Source: an uncultured bacterium (GTDB lineage Bacteria; Cyanobacteriota; Vampirovibrionia; Gastranaerophilales; Gastranaerophilaceae). From it: DNA of 64,000 nt. Below the pieces are notes generated by a model. That model made no database searches, had not been told where the DNA came from, and saw only the letters and a program-made list of their open reading frames with translations. Within the stretch, counting starts at the first letter, position 1; every line of letters begins with the position of its first letter. Shown here piece after piece: positions 9,943-20,235 of the stretch. The position numbers and the translations under genes are program-made. The stretch lies in NCBI GenBank assembly GCA_949298805.1, contig CASFXY010000006.1, positions 17,442 to 81,441 on the forward strand. The letters are read 5' to 3'.

Positions 9943-11022
9943 ATGAAAAAATTTTTTGAATTTTTTAAAAATACAACAGTTAGAATCATAAGCATTTTAT
10001 TGCTTGTATTATTTTTGCTCAGCTTATTTTTATTTTTTGATTTTTATGTAACTCAGGTTAAAAAAGGTGTAAGTTTTTATTGGGTATACAGGGGCGATAA
10101 ATATTATAAAAATAATAAAACACAAAGAGCTATTGATTGTTATAAAAAAGCGCTTGTTTATTTTCCTAATCACTACAAGGCAAGATATAACCTTGCAAAT
10201 ATTTATGTAGTTTATGAGGATTATTATTCTGCTCTTGAACAATATTCTCGAGCATTAGAAATAAAACCGGATTTTATGATTGCAAGAATTGATTATGCGC
10301 TTGTCTTATCCGGTGCTACATTTAACCATGACAGGGCAATTGAAGAGTATAGAAAGGCTATTGAAAAAAAACCAAAATGGGTTTATATTCCGTTTTTTAT
10401 TAACAACAGAAAAACGTATAGGTATAATACTGGTATTTCATATTACAACATGGGGCTTGCATATAGAGCAAAATCGCTTCTTGTGGGAGAGAATAAATTT
10501 TCTGCCAGAAGGTATTTATATAATGCTGTTGAAGCCTATAAGAATGCGTTAAAAAATATTAAAAATTATGAGATATATTATAATTTAGGACTTGCAAATC
10601 AGCTTTTAAAAAATAATGAAGAAGCGGGCGCAAATTACTGTAAAGCTATTGAACTTGCGCCGTTGCGCTATGAGGCGCATTATAATCTGGCAATTTTGCT
10701 TAGAGATATGAAACTTTACAGAGATTCACTTGAGGAATTTAAAAAAGCGGGTCTTATACTGGATACGGATGGAGATAGCGTAAAAACACGTTATATTTAT
10801 GATGTTTTATCGGATGTAACCCAAAAAATGGTCCAACAAGGCGATTATAAGTATCTTGTAGAACATATTGATGAAAAAGACCATAAGGATGGTTATAATC
10901 AAGCCGAATTAACCTATGTGGGAGGCAAACTTGTGGTAAGTGAAGAATTTGACCGTGCAGTTCTTAAAAATTTCAGGACTTGTTCAGCTAAAGTACATTT
11001 TGAAAATATTGACAGGGAATAA
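9943..11022 (+). CDS. Membrane-anchored TPR repeat protein
   Basis: N-terminal TM helix (IISILLLVLFLLSLFLFF) followed by TPR units (AIDCYKKALVYFPNH, ALEQYSRALEIKPDF, ANYCKAIELAPLRYEAHYNLA). Confidence 0.75.
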   Translation: MKKFFEFFKNTTVRIISILLLVLFLLSLFLFFDFYVTQVKKGVSFYWVYRGDKYYKNNKTQRAIDCYKKALVYFPNHYKARYNLANIYVVYEDYYSALEQYSRALEIKPDFMIARIDYALVLSGATFNHDRAIEEYRKAIEKKPKWVYIPFFINNRKTYRYNTGISYYNMGLAYRAKSLLVGENKFSARRYLYNAVEAYKNALKNIKNYEIYYNLGLANQLLKNNEEAGANYCKAIELAPLRYEAHYNLAILLRDMKLYRDSLEEFKKAGLILDTDGDSVKTRYIYDVLSDVTQKMVQQGDYKYLVEHIDEKDHKDGYNQAELTYVGGKLVVSEEFDRAVLKNFRTCSAKVHFENIDRE

Positions 11023-11024
11023 AA

Positions 11025-12410
11025 ATGGACTACAAAACATTTTATAATTTTATGTTAAAGCTTACCGTTGCTTTCGAAAAATCAAAATGCAGGGGAGATT
11101 TCATAGTAGGTTTAGAATCTGCATTTGCAAAAGTTTTACAGGTAGACAGAATAAAAATATATACCCTTGATGATTTTTCTTATACCGTTAAAGATTTTGA
11201 AAAACCCTGGGAAAATCTTTCCGATGTTGAAGAAAATAAAAAAATTCAAGAGATTTTAAATTCGTTTGTCGGCTCTAAAGAAAGTTCAAGATTGGAAAAT
11301 AATGTTATTTATATGCCGATTTTTGAAGATACAAAAATTCTTGGGGTGTTAAAAATTACACTTGATAAAAAAATAAAATCGGATAATGACTTTTTTGAGA
11401 TTGCAACTCTTGTTCAAAAACAAATATCTTATGCGGTTTTAAATTTTAAATCCGGTGAGAAGATGAAGTTAAATACAAAATTCTACCAAACCATAAGAAA
11501 CATAGCAAAAATTATTGAAACACAGTATGAGCTAAGTTATATTTTGCCTATTTTGGGTGAAATGATAGACAGTTTTATATATGAACATTTAATTTATATC
11601 TTTATAAAAAATAAGAATAAAAAAGAGTTTAAACTTGTTTGGCCCGTAAATATTAAAGACTCTAAGATTTATGAATATTTAGAGGAATTAACACCAAAAT
11701 CCGGAGTAGTTATTGAGCGTGAAGGCAAGGTTGGAATTTTCCCCTTGTTAAGTGAACAAAAGCTTTTAGGTGCCGTTGTGGCGTATAATCCTTTTGACAA
11801 ATTAAACGAAAATGAGATAAATTATCTTGATGAGATATCAAAACAAGCATCTATTACAATCGAGCGTGCAAGTGAGTATATGAAAATCTTGAAGGATGCT
11901 ACACTTGATGCTCTTACGGGGCTTAATAATCGCCATCAGTTTGCATTGAGGTTGAGAGAAGAAACAGCCAGTGCAAAAAGGCAAAATACCCCTCTTTGTT
12001 GTATTATGACTGATATTGATTTCTTTAAAAAAGTTAATGATACATACGGGCATGCAGTCGGAGATTGTGTTTTAAAAAACGTAGCACGCACTATTAAAAA
12101 AGAGCTAAGGGAAAATGACATTCCATCACGCTACGGCGGCGAAGAATTTGCAATACTTTTGCCTCATACGACTGTCGAGGAGGCGGAATTGGTCGCACAA
12201 AGGCTTAGGATGGCGATAGAAAAGAAAAAAATAAATATAGAAGAATATAATATTGAAGGTACGAAACATATAAATGTAACAATTTCGGTAGGGGTAAGTC
12301 TTTATGACAAAAAAATGAAAGAACCCCAGCTTTTATATCAAAATGCCGATAAGGCTCTTTATATGGCGAAAGAAAGCGGAAGAAACAAGGTTGTAGTATA
12401 TTGTAATTAG
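11025..12410 (+). CDS. Diguanylate cyclase (GAF-like N-terminal region plus GGDEF)
   Basis: LDALTGLNNR, RYGGEEFAILL (intact GGEEF) and an RxxD I-site (RENDIPSRYGG). It lies 2 nt after the upstream TPR gene. Confidence 0.85.
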   Translation: MDYKTFYNFMLKLTVAFEKSKCRGDFIVGLESAFAKVLQVDRIKIYTLDDFSYTVKDFEKPWENLSDVEENKKIQEILNSFVGSKESSRLENNVIYMPIFEDTKILGVLKITLDKKIKSDNDFFEIATLVQKQISYAVLNFKSGEKMKLNTKFYQTIRNIAKIIETQYELSYILPILGEMIDSFIYEHLIYIFIKNKNKKEFKLVWPVNIKDSKIYEYLEELTPKSGVVIEREGKVGIFPLLSEQKLLGAVVAYNPFDKLNENEINYLDEISKQASITIERASEYMKILKDATLDALTGLNNRHQFALRLREETASAKRQNTPLCCIMTDIDFFKKVNDTYGHAVGDCVLKNVARTIKKELRENDIPSRYGGEEFAILLPHTTVEEAELVAQRLRMAIEKKKINIEEYNIEGTKHINVTISVGVSLYDKKMKEPQLLYQNADKALYMAKESGRNKVVVYCN

Positions 12411-12507
12411 CGTTTTTTGTTTTGTATTAATTTATGTAAATTTTATGTAAAAAATCAACCTCGGAATATATATTAATTTTATTTTTAAAAAATGTAATAC
12501 AATTAAA

Positions 12508-12768
12508 ATGGCAAATGTTTTAAGGCTTGTTATGTTAAAAACAAAATTACAACAATCGTATCTTGCAAAGACTGTGGAAGTCAAACATCACGGCAGGCTT
12601 TATTTTGTAAATAAAGCAAAATTAAACTTTATTCTTAATAAAATAGGAATGTACGCAAAGTTTAATTTTTTGAATGATGATTTGAGAGATTTTTTATTTC
12701 AAAACAGGCTTTTATATACCGAATTTCTTCAGTATATAAGCGATGGTGTTGAAATTTCCGATAAATAG
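12508..12768 (+). CDS. Hypothetical small protein (doubtful)
   Basis: 86-aa ORF in a 632-bp gap. It has no Shine-Dalgarno, whereas most genes here have a clear one. Confidence 0.2.
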   Translation: MANVLRLVMLKTKLQQSYLAKTVEVKHHGRLYFVNKAKLNFILNKIGMYAKFNFLNDDLRDFLFQNRLLYTEFLQYISDGVEISDK

Positions 12769-13042
12769 TTAATGATACGAATTATTTTTTCTTGACCGTA
12801 CAATTATAGTGCGACAGTACTCTTTTAGGTTTATTTGCTTAAAAGGGCTGATTATTATTTTTTGTTTGAACAGTGTTTTTATTGTTATTGGGGTATTGCC
12901 AATGTATATTAAGTTTTGTTTCAAAAATTTTATACATGGTGTTACAAAATTACTTTTTGAATATAATGGTAGGGCAAAATTAAATAGTACTTTTGGATTA
13001 TTTTTTGCATGTATGGTAGTAAGTATTAAAGGAATTTAAAAA

Positions 13043-14740
13043 ATGGCTTTACCAAATGTCGCATATTTCTCAATGGAAATAGCATTAGACCAATCATTAG
13101 CAACTTATTCTGGCGGTCTTGGATTTTTGGCAGGTGCACATATGCAATCTGCAGGTTATCTTCAAATGCCAATGGTAGGCGTAACTATGCTGTGGTCATA
13201 CGGTTATTATGACCAACGTATTAACCAAAACGGCGAAGTTGAAGTAGCATATATAAGAAAGCATTATGACTTTTTGACCGATTTAAATGTTTACACTACT
13301 GTAAAAGTGTTCGGCGAAGATGTAAAAGTCAAAGCTTACAGAGTTGAAGGTGATTTATTCGGTTCTTGTCCGGTTTATCTTTTAACAACCGATATTGACG
13401 GTAATTCTGAATGGGCAAGAAGAATTTCGCATAAATTATACGACGGGGATGAAAAAATCCGTATTGCTCAAGAAACAATACTTGGTATAGGCGGTGTCAG
13501 AATTCTTCAGGAAGTCGGTTATCACTTCGATGTTGTTCATATGAACGAAGGTCATGCTTTGCCCGCTGCATTTGAGCTTTTAAGACAATTTAACGGTGAT
13601 TTAAATGCAGTTAAAAAGAAAACCGTATTTACAACCCATACTCCTGTTGCAGCAGGTAACGAAGTTCATTGGGTAGATACACTTATTGAAGGCGGTTTCT
13701 TTGCAGGTTGTCCTCGCGAGAAGGCAATTGAATTAGGTGGTGAAAACTTCTCCTTAACGGTTGCTGCACTTAGAATGTCAAGAGTTGCAAACGCCGTTTC
13801 TCAGCTTCACGGTTTAGTTGCAAACAAAATGTGGGATTGGGTTCAAGGCAGATGTCCGATACGCGCTATTACAAATGCCGTAAATCAGCACTATTGGCAA
13901 GATCCAAGGTTTGCTTCCGCTGAGTCATATCAAGAACTCCTTGATGCTAAAAAAGAAATGAAAAAAGATTTATTCCAATATATTTCTGATACTCAAGGTA
14001 AGAGATTTGACCCCAATGTCTTGACTATTACTTGGGCAAGAAGATTTGCGGATTACAAACGCGCATGGCTTATTTTAATGGACAAACCGCGCATTGAAAA
14101 ATTATTGAATGAAAACAAAGTCCAGTTGATATTTGCAGGTAAATTCCATCCTGATGATACAATGGGCAAAGAAATGTTTAATAAAATCCTAAAAGAATCT
14201 TATAATATGAAAAATGTTGTAGTTCTTCCGGGATACGAGCTGGCATTATCCGCAAAACTTAAAAAAGGTTCTGATATATGGTTGAACACACCTCTAAGAC
14301 CTTTTGAAGCTTCAGGTACTTCAGGTATGTCAGCTAACTTAAACGGCGCACTCCATTTTTCAACTTATGACGGTTGGACGGTAGAGGGTACATTCCCCGG
14401 AATTAACGGCTACACAGTTGAGTATCCGGGTCTTGATGATGATATTCCTTGGGAAGAAAGACACTGGAAAGATCATCAGTGTGTTATGAACACATTGGAA
14501 AATGAAATCATTCCTACTTACTACAATAATCCTGACGAGTGGGCAAGATTAATGCGACAGGCAAAAAGAACTGCAGAAGCATATTTTAATTCAGACCGCA
14601 TGGTTATCGAATATTATAACCGTGTGTATAAACCTATTGCTCACGGAGGTTCTCAAGCTGGTCAAGACGAGGAAGGAACTGATGCTAAAATTGCAGAAAA
14701 TCCAAATCTCGATGCTTGGACATTCTCTAATATTAAATAG
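13043..14740 (+). CDS. glgP: Alpha-glucan phosphorylase family protein (GT35, short form) with Ser at the PLP-lysine position
   Basis: YFSMEIAL..YSGGLGFLAG, HTPVAAGNE, ADYKRAW, IFAGKFHPDD..GK and EASGTSGMSANLN. The last motif matches the phosphorylase PLP site except that K is replaced by S. Confidence 0.85.
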   Translation: MALPNVAYFSMEIALDQSLATYSGGLGFLAGAHMQSAGYLQMPMVGVTMLWSYGYYDQRINQNGEVEVAYIRKHYDFLTDLNVYTTVKVFGEDVKVKAYRVEGDLFGSCPVYLLTTDIDGNSEWARRISHKLYDGDEKIRIAQETILGIGGVRILQEVGYHFDVVHMNEGHALPAAFELLRQFNGDLNAVKKKTVFTTHTPVAAGNEVHWVDTLIEGGFFAGCPREKAIELGGENFSLTVAALRMSRVANAVSQLHGLVANKMWDWVQGRCPIRAITNAVNQHYWQDPRFASAESYQELLDAKKEMKKDLFQYISDTQGKRFDPNVLTITWARRFADYKRAWLILMDKPRIEKLLNENKVQLIFAGKFHPDDTMGKEMFNKILKESYNMKNVVVLPGYELALSAKLKKGSDIWLNTPLRPFEASGTSGMSANLNGALHFSTYDGWTVEGTFPGINGYTVEYPGLDDDIPWEERHWKDHQCVMNTLENEIIPTYYNNPDEWARLMRQAKRTAEAYFNSDRMVIEYYNRVYKPIAHGGSQAGQDEEGTDAKIAENPNLDAWTFSNIK

Positions 14741-14757
14741 TTTATAAATTTTATCAA

Positions 14758-14800
14758 ATAGCGAACAGGATATTTTACCCTGTTCGCTATTTATGTTTAT
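14758..14800 (+). terminator. Rho-independent terminator of the phosphorylase gene
   Basis: Perfect 12-bp stem (ATAGCGAACAGG / CCTGTTCGCTAT), 9-nt loop and a T-rich tail. Confidence 0.7.
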
Positions 14801-14827
14801 GATAAAATTTTTTTATAAAGTAATAAA

Positions 14828-16327
14828 ATGGAGAAAGACATGGAAGCTACCAATAATAGTACTATCTCGAGTATTCGAGAGAATAGAATACAAAAACTTA
14901 ATGATTTAACCGATAAAGGAATTAATCCTTATCCTTATTCTTATGATAAAAATATTAGTGCAGCAGAGTTACAAAAAAAATACAAAGAACTTGCAGCAGG
15001 TGAAGAAACAACAGATACATATAACGTAGCGGGTCGTGTTATGGCAATACGTAATACCGGCATGTTTATTGACCTTATGGATCCGTCCGGAAAAATTCAA
15101 ATATTTTCGCACAAAGAAAATCTGGAACCCGATAAAATGGCTATAATTAAGATGTTGGATGTCGGAGATATTGTTGGTTTTTCAGGGGATGTCAGAAGAA
15201 CACCCAGGGGCGAGTTAAGTATAAAAGCAAAAGATGTAAAGCTGCTTTCAAAATCACTTTTGCCATTGCCTGAAAAATTTCACGGATTGACAGATGTTGA
15301 AATTCGTTACAGGCAAAGATATGTTGATATGATAATGAATCCCGAAGTGCGCGATACATTCAGAAAACGCTCTTTGATTATTCAAAAAATAAGAGAATAT
15401 CTTTGTGCACAAGGGTTTTTAGAGGTTGAAACTCCAATGTTGCATGTCCAAGCGGGCGGCGCTTCTGCCAGACCTTTTGAAACTTATCATAATACGCTTG
15501 ATATGCACATGGTTTTAAGAATTGCGCCTGAATTACACCTCAAAAGGCTTCTTGTGGGTGGTGTAAGTGAAAAACTTTTTGAAATGAACAGAAATTTTAG
15601 AAATGAAGGTATAGATACCCGTCACAATCCGGAATTCACAATGATTGAACTTTATCAAGCTTATGTTGATTACAACGATATGATGGTATTGCTCGAAAAC
15701 CTTGTTTCAAGTGTGGCGCAAGATGTTTTGGGCACCATGGTAATAGAATATCAAGGGCAAAAAATTAATCTTACACCTCCTTGGGATAGAAAAACCATGC
15801 TCGGTGCCATAAAAGAATTTACCGGAATAGATTTTAATGAATATTTGACTGTGGAGGAAGCAGCAAAACAAGCAGAAAAATTAGGTATAGAAGTAGAAGA
15901 AAATGACAGTTGGGGTAAAATTCTTGATAAAATTTTCGAAGAAAGAGTTGAGCCAAAACTTGTTCAACCTGTTCACATTCTTGATTATCCAAGAGATATT
16001 TCGCCACTTGCAAAAGTTCACAGAGATAATCCGCGTTTAACAGAACGTTTTGAAACCCGCATAAACGGATGGGAAATTTCAAACGCATTTTCAGAATTAA
16101 CGGATCCCATTGACCAAAGAAACCGATTTGAGGCTCAAGCAAGAGAAAAAGCCATGGGCGATGAAGAAGCTTGCGGAATTGATGAAGATTTTATATGCGC
16201 ACTAGAACATGGTATGCCACCGGCTGGGGGTATGGGCATTGGTATAGACAGGTTAGTTATGCTTTTGACAAATTCGCCTTCTATACGTGATGTTATTGCT
16301 TTCCCGACAATGCGACCAAGAGCTTAA
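14828..16327 (+). CDS. lysS: Lysine--tRNA ligase, class II
   Basis: OB-fold N-domain, class II motifs ([24 protein letters not shown]). GGAGA sits 6 nt before the second ATG, so the true start may be 14840. A TGaTAAAAT extended -10 lies at 14800-14808. Confidence 0.95.
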   Translation: MEKDMEATNNSTISSIRENRIQKLNDLTDKGINPYPYSYDKNISAAELQKKYKELAAGEETTDTYNVAGRVMAIRNTGMFIDLMDPSGKIQIFSHKENLEPDKMAIIKMLDVGDIVGFSGDVRRTPRGELSIKAKDVKLLSKSLLPLPEKFHGLTDVEIRYRQRYVDMIMNPEVRDTFRKRSLIIQKIREYLCAQGFLEVETPMLHVQAGGASARPFETYHNTLDMHMVLRIAPELHLKRLLVGGVSEKLFEMNRNFRNEGIDTRHNPEFTMIELYQAYVDYNDMMVLLENLVSSVAQDVLGTMVIEYQGQKINLTPPWDRKTMLGAIKEFTGIDFNEYLTVEEAAKQAEKLGIEVEENDSWGKILDKIFEERVEPKLVQPVHILDYPRDISPLAKVHRDNPRLTERFETRINGWEISNAFSELTDPIDQRNRFEAQAREKAMGDEEACGIDEDFICALEHGMPPAGGMGIGIDRLVMLLTNSPSIRDVIAFPTMRPRA

Positions 16328-16346
16328 CTTAATATTTCTTAAAAAT
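16328..16346 (+). promoter_or_regulatory. Copy E of the recurrent intergenic motif (CTTAATATTTCTTAAAAAT)
   Basis: The first 15 nt are identical to 37631-37645. It lies directly after the lysS stop and abuts the terminator stem, 80 nt upstream of the 16426 ORF. Confidence 0.45.
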
Positions 16347-16382
16347 TGCGGTTAATTTTTTGCATTAGCCGCAATTTTTTTG
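16344..16382 (+). terminator. Rho-independent terminator of lysS
   Basis: 13-bp stem (AATTGCGGTTAAT / ATTAGCCGCAATT, one G-U pair) followed by TTTTTTT. Confidence 0.65.
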
Positions 16383-16425
16383 TTTCAATGTTTTTATATG
16401 AGCAGTTACTAGGTTAGGTATAAAT

Positions 16426-17874
16426 ATGACTCAAATTACACCTGTTAATAATCCTTTTTCTGCGTTTAAGATGCCTGATGTCCAATCATCAAGAATTGCA
16501 ACTTCACAAGGTATTTTACCGCACGCTGTAACAAATAATACTCTTCAAAACCAAGCAGATGCTGTTGAACTAAATACTGCTACAAATTCTCCTTCTGCTC
16601 AAAATTCCGTATCCGAGCAAAATGGTACAAAAAAATATTTTGATATAAAAACTTTGGCTAAGATTGGTGCAGCATTGGCGGTAGGTGCAGGTGTTGTATA
16701 CGCATTTAAAACTCATAAAATACCATTTTTCAAAGGGGGAAAACAAGCCACAGAAAGTTTGGCAGATACTGCTGCACAACTAGGTAAAAAGTCTGCTCAA
16801 GTGCTTGAAGATACTACTTCAAATCTTGCAAAGACAGCTGTGCAAACAGGTGAACAAGCTGCTGATGTTGCCAAAGAGGCTGCGGCTAGCTTGGAAAGAA
16901 ATGCTCAAACTGTTTTACAGCAAGGCGATAGCGCTTTACATGTTGCTTCAGATGTGCCAAAAGGCGATAAAAAGGCAAAAGAAGTTGGTTTTGTTATTGC
17001 TGCTTTTTCTGCAGGTTTTATTGCAAGAGCATTTAAAGATTTTTTAAATGGTGATGATGCAAAGGCGCTAAGTTTAAGAAAACAGATTATTGAAAAAGAA
17101 ATGTATCTTAAAGATGTAGAAATACCTTTTGTTGAACAAGAAGCAGCCGAATATTATGAAAATTACAACAGTGATATAATTCAAGCAATAGATTTACTTG
17201 ATGCAAAAGCAAGTCAAATGAAACTTAAGTTCAACAATGCCGTTGCTAATTATAAAAAACTGAAAGAAGGCAGTTACGTTGAGCATTTCGACGATACAAA
17301 CGCTAAAAAATTAGTTGTTAACAGGCGTGAAAACGGCAGTGTAAAGCTTGAAGAATTTTTAGGAAACAACGGAAGTGTTGTTACCCATTATAATTCAAGC
17401 GGTATGCCAATAATTATAGAATATTGTCAGGATGGCAAAGTAAGATTAAAAGCAAGATATAAATTTTCTCCAGATACTGCCGAACCTTATTTATCACAAA
17501 TGCTCATTTATACAAAAGGAAGTAATAAGGCAAGTTTGATATCTTTTGATGCAAACGGTAATCCTGAATTTTACCTTGCACGAAATAATGAAGGTAAATT
17601 AATAAAAGCTTTTGATATTGACAGTAATACTTTAGATGTTAAAACAATTATTTTGCCCGACAGAGAAGGTGAAAATTGGTTAAAAAGATATACATACGAA
17701 GATGGCACATTAAAATCTGTTTCCATAATGCCTTCAAATGATTTGCCTGCAAGAAAATATAATTTTGTTAATGGTGTTGTTCAAAGTTTAGATTTGTTTA
17801 ATAACTTGAATGAGTCGCCTGTTTTGCATGTTCCTTTTGAAGATGTAAATCAATCGGAATTTATTGCAAAATAA
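16426..17874 (+). CDS. Hypothetical membrane protein with C-terminal short beta-hairpin (YD/MORN-like) repeats
   Basis: Hydrophobic helices (LAKIGAALAVGAGVVYAF, VGFVIAAFSAGFIARAF). About 8 repeats of the type ENGSVKLEEF, SSGMPIIIEY, QDGKVRLKARY, ANGNPEFYLA and YTYEDGTLKSV. Confidence 0.6.
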   Translation: MTQITPVNNPFSAFKMPDVQSSRIATSQGILPHAVTNNTLQNQADAVELNTATNSPSAQNSVSEQNGTKKYFDIKTLAKIGAALAVGAGVVYAFKTHKIPFFKGGKQATESLADTAAQLGKKSAQVLEDTTSNLAKTAVQTGEQAADVAKEAAASLERNAQTVLQQGDSALHVASDVPKGDKKAKEVGFVIAAFSAGFIARAFKDFLNGDDAKALSLRKQIIEKEMYLKDVEIPFVEQEAAEYYENYNSDIIQAIDLLDAKASQMKLKFNNAVANYKKLKEGSYVEHFDDTNAKKLVVNRRENGSVKLEEFLGNNGSVVTHYNSSGMPIIIEYCQDGKVRLKARYKFSPDTAEPYLSQMLIYTKGSNKASLISFDANGNPEFYLARNNEGKLIKAFDIDSNTLDVKTIILPDREGENWLKRYTYEDGTLKSVSIMPSNDLPARKYNFVNGVVQSLDLFNNLNESPVLHVPFEDVNQSEFIAK

Positions 17875-18731
17875 ACTTCTCGTAATCGTTTTTTACTAAT
17901 ATGTGTGTATAATTGAGTTGTAACAATGCTTGAGTGTCCCAAAAGCTCTTGCACAACTCTTAAATCTGCACCATTTTCAAGCAGATGTGTTGCAAATGAG
18001 TGGCGTATTGTGTGCGGAGAAATATCTTTCTCTATTTTTTTGCCTAAATTATGAATAAACGTATAAACGTATTGACGTGTTATTTTAGACCCGTTTTGTT
18101 TTAAAAAAACATATTTTTGATTTTTTTTGCCCAAATTATTGGTTAAAATTATTATTTCTCTTTCTTTAAAGTAGCTTTTAAGAGCATTTTTCGCTTTTGA
18201 ACCTATCGGAATAATGCGTTCTTTTGAGCCTTTTCCCATGGTTTTAATAATGCCTGTTTTTATATCGGTATTTTTAAATTCAAGATTTACAAGTTCAGAC
18301 ACCCTTAATCCTGTGGCATAAAACAATTCAAAAAGCGCTTTGTGCATAATATCATGATGTGTAGATAATAGTTTTTCAATTTCTTTAATACTTATTACTT
18401 TTGGTAATTTTTTTGATATTTTTGGCGAGTTAAGCAAAAGTGCAGGATTTTTTTCTATAACGGAATTTATACAAAGGTACCTGAAAAATCCTTTTATGGA
18501 GGCTATTTTTCTTACAATGCTTACCGGATTCATTCCAATAATCGCAAGGTGTCTGTTATATGCGCTTATATGATTACGTTTAACCTCCCCAATTTTTTCT
18601 ATCCCCATTTCATTTGAAATGAATTCAAAAAACGAGAAGATATCATTTTCATAAGCTTCAATTGTATTTTTTGAAAGTGCTTTTTCGATTTCTAAATAAT
18701 TTAGATAATCGGAAATTAATGAAATATCCAT
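17850..18731 (-). CDS. Tyrosine recombinase, XerC/XerD family
   Basis: ATGLRVSEL, HTIRHSFATHLLENGADLRVVQELLGHSSIVTTQLYTH (R-H-R-Y catalytic set). Confidence 0.85.
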   Translation of the reverse strand: MDISLISDYLNYLEIEKALSKNTIEAYENDIFSFFEFISNEMGIEKIGEVKRNHISAYNRHLAIIGMNPVSIVRKIASIKGFFRYLCINSVIEKNPALLLNSPKISKKLPKVISIKEIEKLLSTHHDIMHKALFELFYATGLRVSELVNLEFKNTDIKTGIIKTMGKGSKERIIPIGSKAKNALKSYFKEREIIILTNNLGKKNQKYVFLKQNGSKITRQYVYTFIHNLGKKIEKDISPHTIRHSFATHLLENGADLRVVQELLGHSSIVTTQLYTHISKKRLREVYFAINSD

Positions 18732-18753
18732 AAAATTATTTTAGCATTTTGTA

Positions 18754-18795
18754 TAAAATAAAGCCTCCAATGAATTATGGAGGCTTTATTTTATT
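18754..18795 (-). terminator. Rho-independent terminator downstream of ftsZ
   Basis: 10-bp stem (AAAGCCTCCA / TGGAGGCTTT) with an 8-nt loop, flanked by A-runs and T-runs. Confidence 0.65.
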
Positions 18796-18808
18796 ATATT
18801 TTTATTTC

Positions 18809-20005
18809 TTACAGTCTGTTTTTCGGGTTTAAAAATTCAGGTATATCAAGCAGACTGTTTGCCGCTGCTTCATGATTTTGACCATCTTGCGTACTTGCGG
18901 AAGATGTTGAAGTTGAAGAACCTATTGAACCAAAAGATAAACCGCTAGTGCCTGCCCCGCCGAAGAAACTCGCTGCTGAAAGTTTTAAATCGTCTTTTGC
19001 TGCAACAGTATCGCCGTTTTTAAGCTCGAAACCTGTTGCAATGATTGTAATCATAATTTCACCTTGAATTCTATCGTCGATAACTGAACCAAAAATAACT
19101 TCAGCATCGTCAGAAACGGCATCGTGAATAACGCTTGCAGCTTCATTAACTTCATGAAGTGTCATATCGGGTCCACCGGTAACATTCATAATGATACCTG
19201 TTGCGCCATTGATTGATGTTTCAAGAAGTTTAGAGTTAATGGCAAGTTTAGCTGCTTCCATTGCTCTGCCTTCGCCTGATGATTTACCGATACCCATTAA
19301 AGCTGAACCTGATGATTGCATAATAGTTTTGACATCTGCAAAGTCAACGTTGATTAAGCCGGGGACTGTAATGATATCAGAAATACCTTGTACACCGCAT
19401 AGCAGAACTTCATCAACAACACTGAAGGCATCTCGCATTGTTGTTCTTCTCTCTACAACTTCAATTAATTTGTCATTAGGGATAACAATTAGTGCATCGA
19501 CATTTTCTTTTAATTTTTCCAAACCTTGAAGGGCTTGAGTCATGCGACGTTTTCCTTCAAATTGGAAAGGTTTTGTGACAACCCCTATTGTAAGAGCACC
19601 CAATTCTTTAGCAATTTTTGCAACAACCGGTGCGGCCCCTGTACCTGTTCCGCCACCCATGCCTGCTGTTACAAAAACCATATCCGAGCCATCTAATGCG
19701 ACAAGCAAGTCTTCTCTTGATTCTTCTGCAGCTTTTTCACCAATTGAAGGATTACCGCCTGCACCAAGTCCTGCCGTTAATTTTGCACCCAATTGAATTT
19801 TTTTGGATGCTGATGACATTTCAAGAACTTGAGCATCGGTATTCATTGCCCAGAATTCTACGCCGGATAACCCTGCTTTAATCATTCGGTTAACAGCATT
19901 GCCTCCGCCGCCGCCAACGCCTATTACTTTTATATTTGCTTGTGAAGCATATCTGCTGTAATCAGATGCTTGTCTGTCGTAATTGTCTAATTTAAACTTT
20001 TCCAC
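18809..20005 (-). CDS. ftsZ: Cell division protein FtsZ
   Basis: [26 protein letters not shown] and a C-terminal peptide (LLDIPEFL). Confidence 0.97.
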   Translation of the reverse strand: MEKFKLDNYDRQASDYSRYASQANIKVIGVGGGGGNAVNRMIKAGLSGVEFWAMNTDAQVLEMSSASKKIQLGAKLTAGLGAGGNPSIGEKAAEESREDLLVALDGSDMVFVTAGMGGGTGTGAAPVVAKIAKELGALTIGVVTKPFQFEGKRRMTQALQGLEKLKENVDALIVIPNDKLIEVVERRTTMRDAFSVVDEVLLCGVQGISDIITVPGLINVDFADVKTIMQSSGSALMGIGKSSGEGRAMEAAKLAINSKLLETSINGATGIIMNVTGGPDMTLHEVNEAASVIHDAVSDDAEVIFGSVIDDRIQGEIMITIIATGFELKNGDTVAAKDDLKLSAASFFGGAGTSGLSFGSIGSSTSTSSASTQDGQNHEAAANSLLDIPEFLNPKNRL

Positions 20006-20177
20006 TTAAATGGCCCCCATTTATTTTTCATTATTTAATTTTACTATATTTTAAAAGCATTTATATGTAAAGCATTACTAATGAAATTATCCACCAATGT
20101 TAACATAAATTCAATTAAACTTTACAGAATTTAATTTTTTTCGCTTTCAAGTTGTATAAATTTTTTTATGAATTTAT

Positions 20178-20196
20178 CTTAATATTTTGCAATATA
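20178..20196 (+). promoter_or_regulatory. Copy D (degenerate) of the recurrent intergenic motif (CTTAATATTTTGCAATATA)
   Basis: 15/19 match to 37631-37649. It is preceded by AATTTAT, as copy A is. It lies 40 nt upstream of the fcl ATG. Confidence 0.25.
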
Positions 20197-20235
20197 TAAT
20201 AATAGGTGAAATTTTTTATTGTATATTCTAAAATT

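Noticed and set aside
12809-13039. 76-aa GTG-initiated hydrophobic ORF just upstream of the phosphorylase gene
   Set aside because: It has no SD, and its composition is explained by T-rich intergenic DNA. It ends 3 nt before the real gene and is likely spurious.
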